Shown: positions 1 to 12,785 of the stretch, in pieces
Layout: each line of letters opens with the position of its first letter
Position numbering within the stretch: position 1 is the first letter of the stretch
Notes under the pieces: model-generated
What the model was told of the DNA's origin: nothing
Databases searched by the model: none
Seen by the model: only the letters and a program-made list of their open reading frames with translations
Position numbers and translations under genes: made by a program
Source: Chrysomallon squamiferum
Lineage: Eukaryota > Animalia > Mollusca
NCBI GenBank assembly: GCA_012295275.1
Contig: CM022676.1
Location: forward strand, 11,222,001-11,286,000
Length of the DNA stretch: 64,000 nt
Reading direction: 5' to 3'

Positions 1-67
1 ACTTATTAAGTATGTAAAAGACTGTTGAAGTTTAATTTCTGAATATAAACATTCATTCACACATACA

Positions 68-98
<31 letters not shown>

Positions 99-350
99 TT
101 AGCATTTTATCATTCAGTTATCAAATTAATAGCACTTTGCCACTTACTTCACTGAATTATTATTATGAAAGAATATTGCCAATAATATTACTGCCTAGCA
201 TATAAATGGTGATTGCTGACAAATATAAATATTTAATAGTATATAGCAATTACTGCCTAGAATATAAATATAACAACATATTGTTGATTGCTAAGCATTA
301 TTTAAAATGAGAAAACACTGCCCAGTAAATGAATCGGAAAAAAATCTCAC

Positions 351-3300
351 CTTTATTCCAATAAATTTCCTGTCACTAATAACCTGAATGCTGAGTGCAG
401 AAGCCGTCTGGAATCTAGCTCTTAATATACAATGAATCTGAAAACATTTTACATAATGTGTTAACACATCTTACTAAATACAGCATTTTAATATAATGTA
501 TTAACACATCTTACTACAGCATTTTAATATAATGTGTTAACACATCTTACTAAATACAGCATTTTAATATAATGTATTAACACACCTTACCAAATACACT
601 ATTTCAATATAATTTATTAACACATCTTACCAAATACACCATTTTAATATAATGTATTAACACACCTTACTAAATACAGCATTTTAATATAATGTATTAA
701 CACATCTTACTAAATACAGCATTTTAATATAGTGTATTAACACACCTTACCAAATACACCATTTTAATATAATGTATTGACACACCTTACTAAATACACC
801 ATTTTCAATATAATATAAACATCTCTATTAAAAAAAAAGTATTTTAACATACTGTATTAATAAATGAATCTTTGAAAGTAAAATGTCTACATATAAAAAA
901 AAAGTATTTTAACATACTCTATTAATAAATAAATTTTTGAAAATAAAATGTCTACATATAGTGCATTATAAAAATACTGTCCTAGATAAAAAAAAATTCA
1001 ACATATCTAGAAACATCTCTTCTAAAAGAAATGTAATAGATAAGAAAAGTATCTCTCTAAACAAAACATTTTGACTTAATTTTAACATTTGTGACAAACC
1101 TATGGTTCTAACTGAAACACTTTAAGGAGCAACAATCAAGGCATATTTATTATATGTTTCAACTGAATAGCATCCATATAAAGTTACTTAAGCAATTATC
1201 ATCCTGTTAATTTACAGCAAGTGCTTTTCTCAAATGGCCAATGAATTACTGGATTAATTTCAAGCCTGTTACACAGGGTATTTACCCTTTCAACAGAGTA
1301 ATGCTGACTGCAGGCAATTCTAATTAAAATTGTCCAAGAAATTATAAATACACTATGTTGATAAGAAGGTTTCCAAGACTGTTGCTCATTAAAACAATTA
1401 AAACTCAATAAATGTGCCATTCTACATAAAGTAATATGATGTAATGTAATATGATGTTCCTGACAGATTTAAGACTTGCGTTAGAGAGATATATATGAGT
1501 CTGTGCTTGTAGGAGAAACCACAATAAATTAAAATGATAGAAAAGCAGAGAGTGAAAGAAGAATATATAGACTAGAAGACATATTGATTCAAACAGAAAA
1601 GAAAAACAAAAATTAGAAGAAGAAAAAAGAAAAGAAAAGAAATTAAATTAAAGCAAATGTCCAATGTTAACACACAAAGAATCCAACAGTCTTTTGTCCT
1701 AATTCAATGAGATTATCTTCTTTGATGGCTGTGTCATGAAGGAATTGGTCACTGTCCCTCAATGGCTTTGATTTATAGTAGAAATCACCATTAATGTACC
1801 AGAAAGCTTGGTAGTACAGATTTGCTAAAAGAGTCATTTTGCAAAGAAAACGATAAGCCTGTTTTGAATTGTGTTCTTCAAGTGTCGTTATTACAACAGG
1901 TTTTCCACTTATAGATGGAGCATCTGAAATAACAGTTGTTACTCTTATTGTATGAATATAAACACACATATACATGCATGCATTTTCTACATAATACACC
2001 ATGTACACATGTGTTTATGTGTAAATAAAAGTACATATGTAGGATGTATGCCTTTTTGAATGAGCATTCTGTTGTCTTATGTACATCTGATTAGACTACA
2101 CACAGATGTATTAGGACAATAAGAACCTCTCAAATGCCAGAAGCTGATGAAAAGACGGCATCCACTCACCAACTTTCCAGACAATACCACCGAACTACCA
2201 CGTACACTTTTAAGGTTAAACCAGCCACTGATAGGTGTGTATGTAGGAATGAATATTCTGTTGTCTTATGTACATCTAATTAGACCACAGATTCCCAACT
2301 GTTTTAGTATCATAACATCCTTGGGGGGTCTAACTTAATTTTGCAGTACTGAAGTTTAAAAATTTGTTATTTTGTTTTTCATCTTTTAAATGAAACAGGT
2401 TCTTAATCACTGTCCTGCAGCATTGTCAGTTCTATAACCAACTGTAAATAATTAAAAACTAAAGCATTTTTACTGGATTTCTAGGAAATTAATGTAAGAC
2501 TTGTGAATCATGATTAGTGCAAAGCAGTTTGATGTCCAATCTGGTGAATGACATACTAACACACATAAAATCTAGCAATTTACTTTTCTTTTTTTTTTTA
2601 CCCTACCCCATTTTTTTTTCATTAATTTGTTCTTTCCATGTAGCACAATGTACTTTAAAATTGCCTACTGAAACAAAGATTAAGTTGTCCTTTCTTTTAA
2701 AAAGTGAGAGTGTAACTTCAAGGCCACTGCAAAAATAATCTTGTTGGACAGGTCTACTAGTCATTTTCTTGTCAGCTATCTGAGTAATAGAGAAACAGCA
2801 TTTGAATCTCATGTTAATAAGCTGTTAAGCTTTATTTGTTATAATCTGTATGAAATGTTGCAGTAGCCCTGGCTGTCCTCGGCACACTGGCTGGGAATCT
2901 ATGGATTAGACTCTGCACCTTGATAATAATCAGCAAAACTGACATAGGAGGATAAAATCCAGTCACAACCTCACAAATGTTAGATACCACAATATATGTT
3001 TTGTGAAGGTACATACTTATGTCTGTCATTGTGTATAATTAAAATGTATGAGTGTTTATGTTTGTACTTATGTGTACATATATATGCAAGTGTGAATACA
3101 TGAATATATGTGAAAGTATTTAATTACATATGCATTAGTAATCTTACCAGCTTTGAGGGTTGATTCTGAAAAATGAAAAATATATAAAAATATATATAAA
3201 TAATTTTTCTGCTTTTTATTTTATCAGATTATCTAACATTTTTATCATATAACATGTCACAAATCATTTTATTTATAAGAAATTGAAGCACATAAATTAA

Positions 3301-6300
3301 CTGGTTCCATCAGTGTACCAAGTTTGAAGTATTTCAATACATTCTTCAAATGTTTATATGCAGATAGCAAACTGTCTGAATTAACAGAAATATGAGGCAT
3401 GTTTCTCAATTCCGTGTTTCTGTCTCTAAGATTTTGAAGCTGTTATACACTAAAAAATATTTTATGTTTAACACATACAACCACACACACTGAAATCTAA
3501 ATACATGGTGAAAAAAAACATGCACAGATACTCATATATTGCAAAACATTTACATACATACAATATACTGAATTCTAGAGAAAAAAAACCCTAAAGAACA
3601 GCATAAAGAAGAGAAAATGAGACAGAGAGTTCAAGAGATAAGCAAAGGGACAGATAATGTGAGAGAACTGTCAGAGAAATATATATATATATAGGTAATG
3701 GCATCCACACAGAACAAGGCCTGAATTAGTTGAAAATATTTTCTTTTCTCAGCTTGCCACATATATACTTTTGTTGAAAGGAGCATGCAATGTGTATGAC
3801 ATTAAACAGCAGCATTTCTTCTTTCCAATGCTCTGATTCAGCATGCACTGCACATTTGAAACTACACCTAGTTTCATTTCTGCTGTGCCCTATTTTCATC
3901 ATTCAGACAAGAAAGTTCATAGACTCATCTGAAAGTGCATGGATTTCCCTTCAAAACAATGCAGATTCTTGTTTCAGAACAATTTCTGCTCCAGATGTTA
4001 AAAAAAAACTTTTTTTGTTGTTGTTCAAGACATTAATATTATCAGTATTAAGGGAGGTAATTTATGATCTTAGTGTTGCAGTTTTAAAGCAGTTTCAGTT
4101 TGACTCTAACATTTGTTTGGTTTTGGCTACATTTTAATTTATGTTGATGAATAATTGCATTCATTTTTATAAAAGCTTTTCTTCTAGAATAAACTGGCAC
4201 CTATTGAAAGTTATATGATGTAAACATCAAATGGTTGCATGCCAAAACTGGATAATGCTCAAGAACTTAATTCCCTTCAAAAATACAAACTGAAATATAC
4301 TTTGTCAGAATTGTCTCTTGTCATGCAGGTAAGCTGAACTCAGTTACTTGACCATACCCAGTCAACCAACCTATTATAATTAGGCATTTTATTGTATTTT
4401 AAGGTTTTGAGAGAAAGCAGACAAAATTGTTCATATTTCCAGGAATATTTTTTGTTGACGACTTTGTTATATGATTAAATTTTGGGTGCAAGTACATAAT
4501 ATATAAAGATATATACAATAATTTATCATATCCATTTTAAGCTTAAAAGAAGTGTGTTTACTGTCAACATCTAATCAACTTCCACATGACTAGCTAGTAT
4601 TAGGCAACTATCTCTATAGTACTCTTTTGTAGACTCAGTCTGTATCAAATAATGAATGGCATAAAAAGGAGATTTGACTTTATTGTCATCAAAAAATTTC
4701 CATCATGCTTGCAGAAAACAAAGAGGTCTATTAATGATCTTTACACCTGTCTCCTTGTGGCTGAAAGCAATGAAGCTGGAAAATTGGCAGCATTGTTTTT
4801 AACATGATAGTTTTGTTCATGATTTATTTAGTCAGTCCCTTGTATTTATAAATCTGTGCAAAATATTTTTTTTTTCCACCATAGTCATGTGATCATTGGA
4901 CAAAATTGTGTCAAAATGTAACAGTATTACCAAAAAATTAAAAATAAAGGCAACTTCACCATGAATTAAACTGGCAATTATTTCAAGCATGAACCCTGCA
5001 TCTATCCATCTATCTCTCTATCTGTCTATCTATATATGACTTAATTTTACTCTTTAAAATATTAGACATCATTAAGAGAATCATGTTAAATATATCTTAA
5101 TAATTTTATTCATTTAACATAAGACAAATAATAACAATTTGAACAACAAAGCAATATGTAGAAAAAAGAGAAAAATAAGGGTGCAAGAGAAATATGAAGA
5201 GAAAGAGAAAGTGTTTAATTTAACATGAGACATACCAATGCAATAGGCCGATTGATAATATGTTTTTTCAGATTAAATACAAGAAAGGTGTCACAGTACA
5301 TAGCCTGAATACTGAAGGGGTGGAAACAGTCACTAGTACCATAAACTGTACACATCTTTATAACAAGTCTGGGATGTTCCTTTGTTGGCAAACCTGTCAA
5401 ATATACTCATCATACAATTTCCACAGTGATAACAAATTTAGATAACTGTAATCATTGTAAAAAATCTAACTACATAAGTAAAAGAAACAAAGAAACAAAG
5501 ACAAAAGAAAACTGAAATCAAATCAACAAATAAATAATCAACGGGACTATTTACATATATTTATACATGCCTGTAGCTGAATTAATCTTGAATAGAGGTT
5601 GTAAAATACTTTTGTGTAACTACCTAAACATTTTGTCAAATTATAATCTAATCAAGCTACACACTTGCAGACACACACATACATACTGAAGCAAAATGTG
5701 AGTCCCAACTGTTTACTATATGAATGTGTAGTAGTTTGTGTGTGTATTTCGAACCTTGAGATTAAAATAAACAGCATCTTCTTGAACATCATGTGGTCCC
5801 ATCATGTGTGTGTGTGTGTGTTTTTTTTTTTTTGTTGGCTCTATTATTGTTTTGTTGTTTTACTACACACTATAGGCTGTACTTTTAAATTATTTTAGTT
5901 AAGGAATTTATTTCACTTTTGTGATACTGATAGCTTTAAATGAATACAATACGCTTTTAACAGAAAATATATGTTACCTCAAACAATGACATTTTTCAAT
6001 CACCTTTTGTGTTTAATTATCTTGAATGTAACAAAATCTCAAACTTGATTACACACATACACACACACACGAAGTTCATAAAATATGCAGATGTTTATGT
6101 TTTGTAAGTAATGGAAGCATTTTTGTTATGTGTACAAAAAGGTTAGGTAAATAGGTGATTACTTGATGGTGTGTATACAGGATAGAATGCTGCACACTTG
6201 TACTTATGTGGTTTCTTTGTGAGAAGCTGCAGATCTTTCTGTCCATACCAGCCTTCCTTTATGAATCGATCGTTGAGTTCAAACTCGTCTGGCCCAAGTT

Positions 6301-8592
6301 CATAAATAGCATCTCTGCGCTCAGCATCAGAAAACTGTGAAGCTTCTTTGCAAGGATCTTTGTAATAAACAACAATAAGGATTTCAGTATCAATACCAAC
6401 ATCAGGAACAACAATAATCTACATGAATGTGTGTATCTACGTGTATGTATGTATCAGTAAACAAAAACTGGAAACAAAGTGAGTGATATCACAAACTGTG
6501 GTTAGCAGTCTTAAACACTGGTCCAAATGATGTATGTTTATTCAGAGATAATGCATCTGCTTACGTTTCCACTACAATTCAACACAAAAGTTTCACAGTG
6601 AGTTGAACATTTATGTATGACAACAATGCAGGATCCAAAGTTTAGAATGGCTCTAACAGTAGATGTTTTGGTTGTCATCCACAGTTCTCTTTGTGCCTCA
6701 GAATTTTGATTATTTCCATGGAAGAAAAACCCTGTGGCTGCACGATCTGGTTCACATCCATGTCCTTCCACTAAGTCCCACTGATTCAAATAAAGACTTT
6801 ATAAACATATATGTCACAGCATTTTTTTTTTAATGTTTTGCATTATGACTTCTGTCAATAGAACCATCCTTGACTCCATGAGGCTGCATGATTGGCACAC
6901 CCATATTTACATAATGACACAGTATTTTATGGAACAAATTAAGTATTATGTTCATTAGGTATCTCTGTCATAACACTATATAAACTAGATATGCCTTAAG
7001 AAAACCATACAGAGTAGAAATGTAGCTTGCTGGCTGCAAAATGTCCAATGCTGTTATTTTTTACACACAAATTGTCTTAAATGCTTCTCCAACTTGCCTT
7101 GGTGCCCTAAAATGTCTGATTAAACCTAAGACAACACTAGCCATGTGCTAAAAACATTCCAGTTTGAAGCCTGATATTGTGAAATTAAACAAACATGTAG
7201 CAGACAAACAAGGATATAACAGACAAAATATACACAATGGTTATCAATGCAGATGTTACAATTTTGATATAAGAAGGCTCATACAGGAATCTATTTTGGA
7301 AATTAACTATATCTAGGAAGGCTCGTACAGGAATATATTTTGGAAATTAACTATATCTAAGAAGGCTCGTACAGGAATATATTTTGGAAATTAACTGTAT
7401 GTGGTTCTGGTCTGTTAATGAAACACTTAGTTACATGGATACAATGAATAAGAAGACTTTTAAACATGAAAAATGTATAAACAAATATAAAATAACTTCT
7501 AATTTCCTTTAGCATGTTTTATTAATAAATGCCATTAAGATATTATATATAATTTAGACTATTTAAATGATAATACCTGAACCAGGCTTTAATTTCCATT
7601 CTGCACCCTGAACAACAGTGACTGCAAATATATAAATGAGTTAGTAAAATCTCAATTATTCTAAAAGCAGAAATAAAATACGCAAATAGTGGATTTGTTT
7701 ATGACATTAAACAATGGGAGCAATATTATAATATTTAAATGTGTAGAAGATTCAACTCTATCTTGGTTTCAATATAGAATTCTGCACAGACTGTTAACTT
7801 GCAACTTCTGTAATAACTCCTCTAAAACAATACATTTATTTATATTTCTTTTTTCTTCTTTTTTCTTTTTAAAAATTTTTAAATAATAAAAACCTAATTT
7901 TTAATTATGATTTATAGAATAAAACATGATTTTACTGAAAAAGGAATATGTATCAATTTTAGTAAATATGTTGTTATTTTTGATATGACAAAAACAAAAA
8001 AAATGCAACTTTGTAAACTGGCTGATTATTAATGTCAAACATATTTATTTTATGAAATTCGAAAATGTTCATATTAATGTTGTTAAATTACTTTAAAATT
8101 TGAAACAAATTTGAAATATAAAAATATATCTTTAACACAAAATTTGATGTGAAATATTTGTGAACAATGAATGATTTAAATTAAAAAGAAAACTGAAATA
8201 AAAGAAATAAATTAAAGAAAATACAAAAGATATGATTTAAATGAAAGAAACTGGGTTTTGGAAATCCAGGCCTCATTTAATTTATCTCATGTCAATATCA
8301 TTTTTTACTATTCTCCATTTATCTCTCTACCTCTTTTTAATATTATGCATTACAGTTATATCTCATATGTTTGTTTGATTGTATGTATGTATGTATGTGT
8401 GTATGTATGTATTTATGTATGTGAGTATGTATGTGTGTGGTATATGAGTGTGCACATGCATATGTGGTGGGTGCATGTGTATATGTGAAAGGTTTTGTTA
8501 CAAGTAAGTAATAGGTAATAAGCAAAATTACCTGCTTCAATTAACAATGGCAGTAATATAAGAAACAGAATTAACAAACATTTAAAGAGCAT
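351..8592 (-). CDS. VWDE-like / D8C (uromodulin/OIT3-type cysteine-rich) domain secreted protein, 5' part; gene continues beyond the left edge
   Basis: Phase-compatible GT-AG exons on minus: 8532-8592 (signal peptide MLFKCLLILFLILLPLLIEA), 6163-6357 (DPCKEASQFSDAERRD...NDRFIKEGWYG...CAAFYPVY), 5236-5393 (LPTKEHP...CTVYGTSDCFHPFSIQAMYCDTFLVFNL...SAYCI; needs +1 nt in the A-run at 5263-5268), 3148-3165 (18-nt microexon ESTLKA), 1676-1923 (DAPSISGKP...FLCK...YYQAFWYING...), 351-437 (IHCILRARF...SDRKFIGIK). The DPC..GWY..C..P..LP..C..C..AYC pattern is the D8C domain, and the following Ig-like unit ending FxGIK resembles VWDE N-termini. Confidence 0.75.
455..815. repeat. 40-bp intronic minisatellite (~9 copies)
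   Basis: Unit taatgtattaacacatcttactaaatacagcattttaata recurs at 40-bp spacing (541, 581, 621, 661, 701, 741, 781). Confidence 0.9.
7270..7400. repeat. Short tandem repeat, about 3 copies of ~45 bp
   Basis: aagaaggctc(a/g)tacaggaat(c/a)tattttggaaattaactatatct repeated three times. Confidence 0.8.
7690..8130 (+). mobile_element. Degenerate LINE (L1/Tx1-like) ORF2 3'-end fragment in intron 1 of the VWDE-like gene
   Basis: Translation FKCVEDSTLSWFQYRILHRLLTCNFCNNSSKTIHLF matches the 'W/FQ(F/Y)RILHRIL.TN...C.FC....ET..HLF' C-terminal zinc-binding region of L1/Tx1-type reverse transcriptases, with internal deletions. Boundaries are approximate. Confidence 0.6.
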
Positions 8593-8913
8593 TGTGGATG
8601 GAGTATAAACATATCAGACATTCATTTATATAAACAATTTTTCAATTAACATAACAAAATAAATGTTTGTCAAACACACATCAAAACCCGTCACATTGTT
8701 GCAGAATAAAATTCAGTTTACATCAGTATTATTACCAATATTCTACAGTCAAACCTCTTTATAAAGCCTTATACTGCCATTCAAGTTTAATGAGTCAAAA
8801 ATGCTTAAGGGCCATTTGTATTTAAATATACATAAATGTACTTTGTTGTATCTATCATCCCTCTCCATCCACCAATCAACAAAGATCAGATGAACATTCT
8901 GATGCTAACTTAC

Positions 8914-11085
8914 ACTAAATGTATCCAAAGACCAGCATCAGCCATCTTGTTGCACCTGTTCATTTTCAGCGTTACGAAGCTGAATCTTCTCTGGGTAATG
9001 TTCCATGACATTCTACAATGCTCTAGTATCTTGTTGAATATTATTTTTCACTTCCTGGAGAGCTTGGGGCTCATTTACATAGTCTTTTTTTTTTTTTTTA
9101 TGATAACCTGAAAGAAAAAACAGGAACAATCAAATCTGGAAAACGTGACAGCCAATTAATTTTTGATCCACATGAAATTAATCTGCCACAAAATTCAACA
9201 AAGGAGCTCTGTTGCTATTCTTTCAGTACAACTGTGTCCTTTTTTCTGTTGTAACTCTGTGTCATGTCTGTGACCTAACTCTTGTCATAAAGAATATCCA
9301 TTTATCTCTCTGTATTGTCTAGCCATACTAAATCCATTCCTTCAAAGAAGTGTGGTGCAGTAATTTGTTCTGATCTGACTCCACCCAAACTGTGCATCTG
9401 AAATGTTGTAAATAGTGTAAGTAGGTATTTACTAAAAATCCTGCAATTTTCTCTGCTGATAAAGCCATTTAGATGAAAATAGTCAAATACTTATTTATAT
9501 TGTTCCTTCCTTTCGTATCATGTGGTTTCAGATTGTGGCCAGTCAGAAACAAATACTTCCATTTCAAAGTATTTAATTAAATTATGAATGGATGGTCTTC
9601 AGGGAACATTTCTGACTGTAAAATGGTAGTGATTGGTCTTTGTGTAAGCAAAATGGATTGGATGTTTTCAAAATACAATCAAATAACTATTGTCTTTTTT
9701 TTCAATTGTGTATTTCTCCATGTTTAACAAGGTAAATACCCCAGATTTTCATTAAATACCTGCAACAAGAAGAAATAAACCTATTTTCTACCTTAATTCT
9801 TAAAGTAGTTTGCAAACACTGAAATGAAAGATGCATTATTCCCTGATAGCAACTGCTGTAAATGTAAAAACAATGAAAAAATGCAACATTACTTAATTAC
9901 GTAAATGATTTCTAACAGCCATCTTTTTGAAGAAATTATATTTTACATTTTTTATTTTATTTTAATATAAAAGAAATATTTGAAAAACAAACCAAAAAAC
10001 AACATTAAAACTGATAAAATTTACTCACAGTTTCAGTCTCTTCATCTACAGTGTAACAGTTAATTTCCATTATAAAAGACTGATTATCAACCGATTATAA
10101 ACCTTGTGCTTGTGCTAACTTTTGATATTATATGAATGTTTTTATAATAGCCTAGAAGCCTGTGTGAAGGTCTTTCTTCATAAATACAGTTTAGATAGAA
10201 GTTATTACTGAGCAGTGTGAGAATTGGAGGTGTTTATTGTAGGGAATTACTTTTGGTCAGTGATGCAGTCTGTGCTAGTGATAAAGGAGGAATGTTTGCA
10301 ACTGATGGAAGAGCTGAAGAAAGTCTGTTCAGCAAAGTTAAAAGCTGTAATGTGATCTAGCACAGTATAATATACTCCAGTGTGATGGTGAAGACAAATC
10401 ATATAAACCATGACAGAGGAACCAATACATTTTGTCATGTCATTTCCAACATGACATTAAGCAGCTTTCATTTCAGTTTGAAGTGGCAGTCATTAAAATA
10501 AAGATAGGTTTTAGTCTACATATGCTAACACTATTAGATAAAGCCACAAATTCTTCAAGTCTCTCTACAAAAGAATGTTCTACAACAAAGTTTTGAAGAA
10601 AGTCTTTATGGAAATAAATTCCGTAATAATATTGTAATCGACAAATGACAGATTTTTCAGTGGAGAAATTGTCTTGAAAAGTGAGGAAATGTGCAGAGTT
10701 CCTGAATACATCTTACAACTGTTTGTCATAGGTGATGACGCACTTTCACCATCACAGAATTGTGACAACAGAATCAATGTACCACTTCCCTCATGGACAA
10801 GTTGCCTCTAAGATGTGCTACTGCTTGTTCCTTCTCAGTGCCAGAAAGTAGCAGTATCATGAAAGTTGTAGCATTAACCTGAGGTCAAAACCTGATAACT
10901 CAATATCCCTGCTTTGTAACTCTACTGTTAAGTGTTTGTAGCTGCCATACGAGTTTTGGCCATTTACAAGAATTTTGCTCCCAAACACTAAAATGCTTTA
11001 GTATGTGCTCAAAATGTAGTTTGATTTGACCTTCCATCCAGTTATATTCATTCTACTCTATACATTATATTTCAGACCACATCAA
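8914..11085 (-). pseudogene. Possible decayed multi-exon gene relic, or long non-coding 5' exons; family not recognised
   Basis: Good splice signals on minus: acceptor at 11086 after a long polypyrimidine tract, donor act|gtgagt at 10028, acceptors at 9760 and 9108, donor agt|gtaagt at 8913. They bound complex, coding-like sequence whose frames are broken by stops (e.g. DYVNEPQALQEVKNNIQQDTRAL*NVMEHYPEKIQLRNAENEQVQQDG*). Confidence 0.3.
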
Positions 11086-12785
11086 CTCAAGAAAAGAAAA
11101 AAAAAAGAAACACACACATTTGAGAATTACTATGTACATTTTATGAGAAAAACGTCATTTTATTATACAAATTATATTATATTGTTTAGAAATACAGTTT
11201 CTCCTATTTATTACATTATGTAACAAATAAATAAACAAATAAAATCTGCTGTTCTATTTACATACTACAATGTATCCATTCATCCCTCTGTCCATCCATC
11301 CATCTCACTGTTTATATTATATATCATGTTAATCCAGTTTGACCATTTTGGTCTAAACTAGAAAATTATAGATTGGTGACATAGTCATTTTATAGATTGA
11401 AATGCATCACAGTATGTAATAACAGTATTGAAATAATATTTTTCCAGTGATAATGTTTGATTAATTGTATTTATTGATTTATTAACAACAATTGTAGAAA
11501 GCAAAGGTAGATATTTGGTAATTATATTTCAAAAAGTATGCTTAATGAATTATGAAACTACAACAATAATCATGACAATGATAAATAAAGAATAACTAAA
11601 CACAAACAAATCATAATGCCTGTCTGTTGGATAATTGGCTTGAAACACATAGCCAAAAAAAAAAGCAAACAAGCAATTCATTAATTTAAATATATTCATT
11701 TTGGTTTTTTGGTGGTGGTTTTGTGGGGGAGGTTCAGCCATGGTAAGGAATGAAATAGACGACAATGTTATAGTATTCATTTTTGTTGCTTGTTGCTGTT
11801 TTTGTTTTTGCTTATTATTATTTCAATCAAGGTCAGGTTCTTTGGAAAGTCTAAAAATATCACTATCATATTTATCCACTCTGTGCATTAGTTGAAAACA
11901 AAGACAACAGCAATTCCTTGCATTTCAGTGAAATAATCCAAATTAACATATTTATATTAAAGTCATTTAACTTTTATATTAAACTATGTTTAATTTATAT
12001 TAAATGAACTTTAACATTACTGAAAAATAATAAAACATTTGGGTTTTTGTGTTGTTTTTTTTATTACTTAATTTAAAAAATGAATAAATAAAATATACAA
12101 AAATAGTTATTTCTACTATTTTTGGTTACATAGTTGTCACTGACAAAAACAATATGATTTTTTTATAATAAAGTACCATGTTTTTGTGACATTATTGAAA
12201 GCACATCTCACCCTGAAAAATATTTACAGCTGAAACACCATTTTGTAAAATATTTATGTGAATTTAAAAATTTATCAGAATTTTATTGAAGAATTTTTAT
12301 GATCCAGTGAAAATAAATTACTAATACAATTTTTTTTTTTTTTTTCATAACATCAAGCAGTTGCATAACACTGTGAAGAAAAAACTGTTTTCAAGAAATA
12401 TATTTTCAGTATTTTCTTTCTTTATTCTTAATGGACTCCTCTCAGTAAAATCTTACACTTTATTAACCTTATTTTAACTTTATTAAACATGCAGCTTAAT
12501 TGGTAATATTAGTTATTTGTGGTAATGTTTTACTGATTGTAATAAAAAGTGTGATAAAGTGTGTGTGTGTGTGTGTGTGTGTGTTTGATCATTTGGAAGT
12601 ATTTTGTGTTGAAGTGTAGATAGTTTATAGGATAAACTGTGGAGGTTTGCAGTTGTGTTATTTGTTTCAAGTTTAGCCAAAGTTTTTGTAGAATATTGAT
12701 TTTTTTAACAACAAACTGGAAAAAGAAAAGGAACATTTACAAAACAAATGTGCTATCGAACACAAAAACAGTAAACAGAACTTTA

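Noticed and set aside
1667-2008. ORF segment FYYKSKPLRDSDQFLHDTAIKEDNLIEL resembling a ubiquitin-like domain
   Set aside because: It is an internal exon (1676-1923) of a signal-peptide-bearing VWDE-like protein and is better explained as its Ig-like unit.
2170-2227. Candidate 58-nt minus-strand exon with a good donor, flanked by a ~35-bp direct repeat
   Set aside because: It would frameshift the VWDE-like model, which joins cleanly without it.
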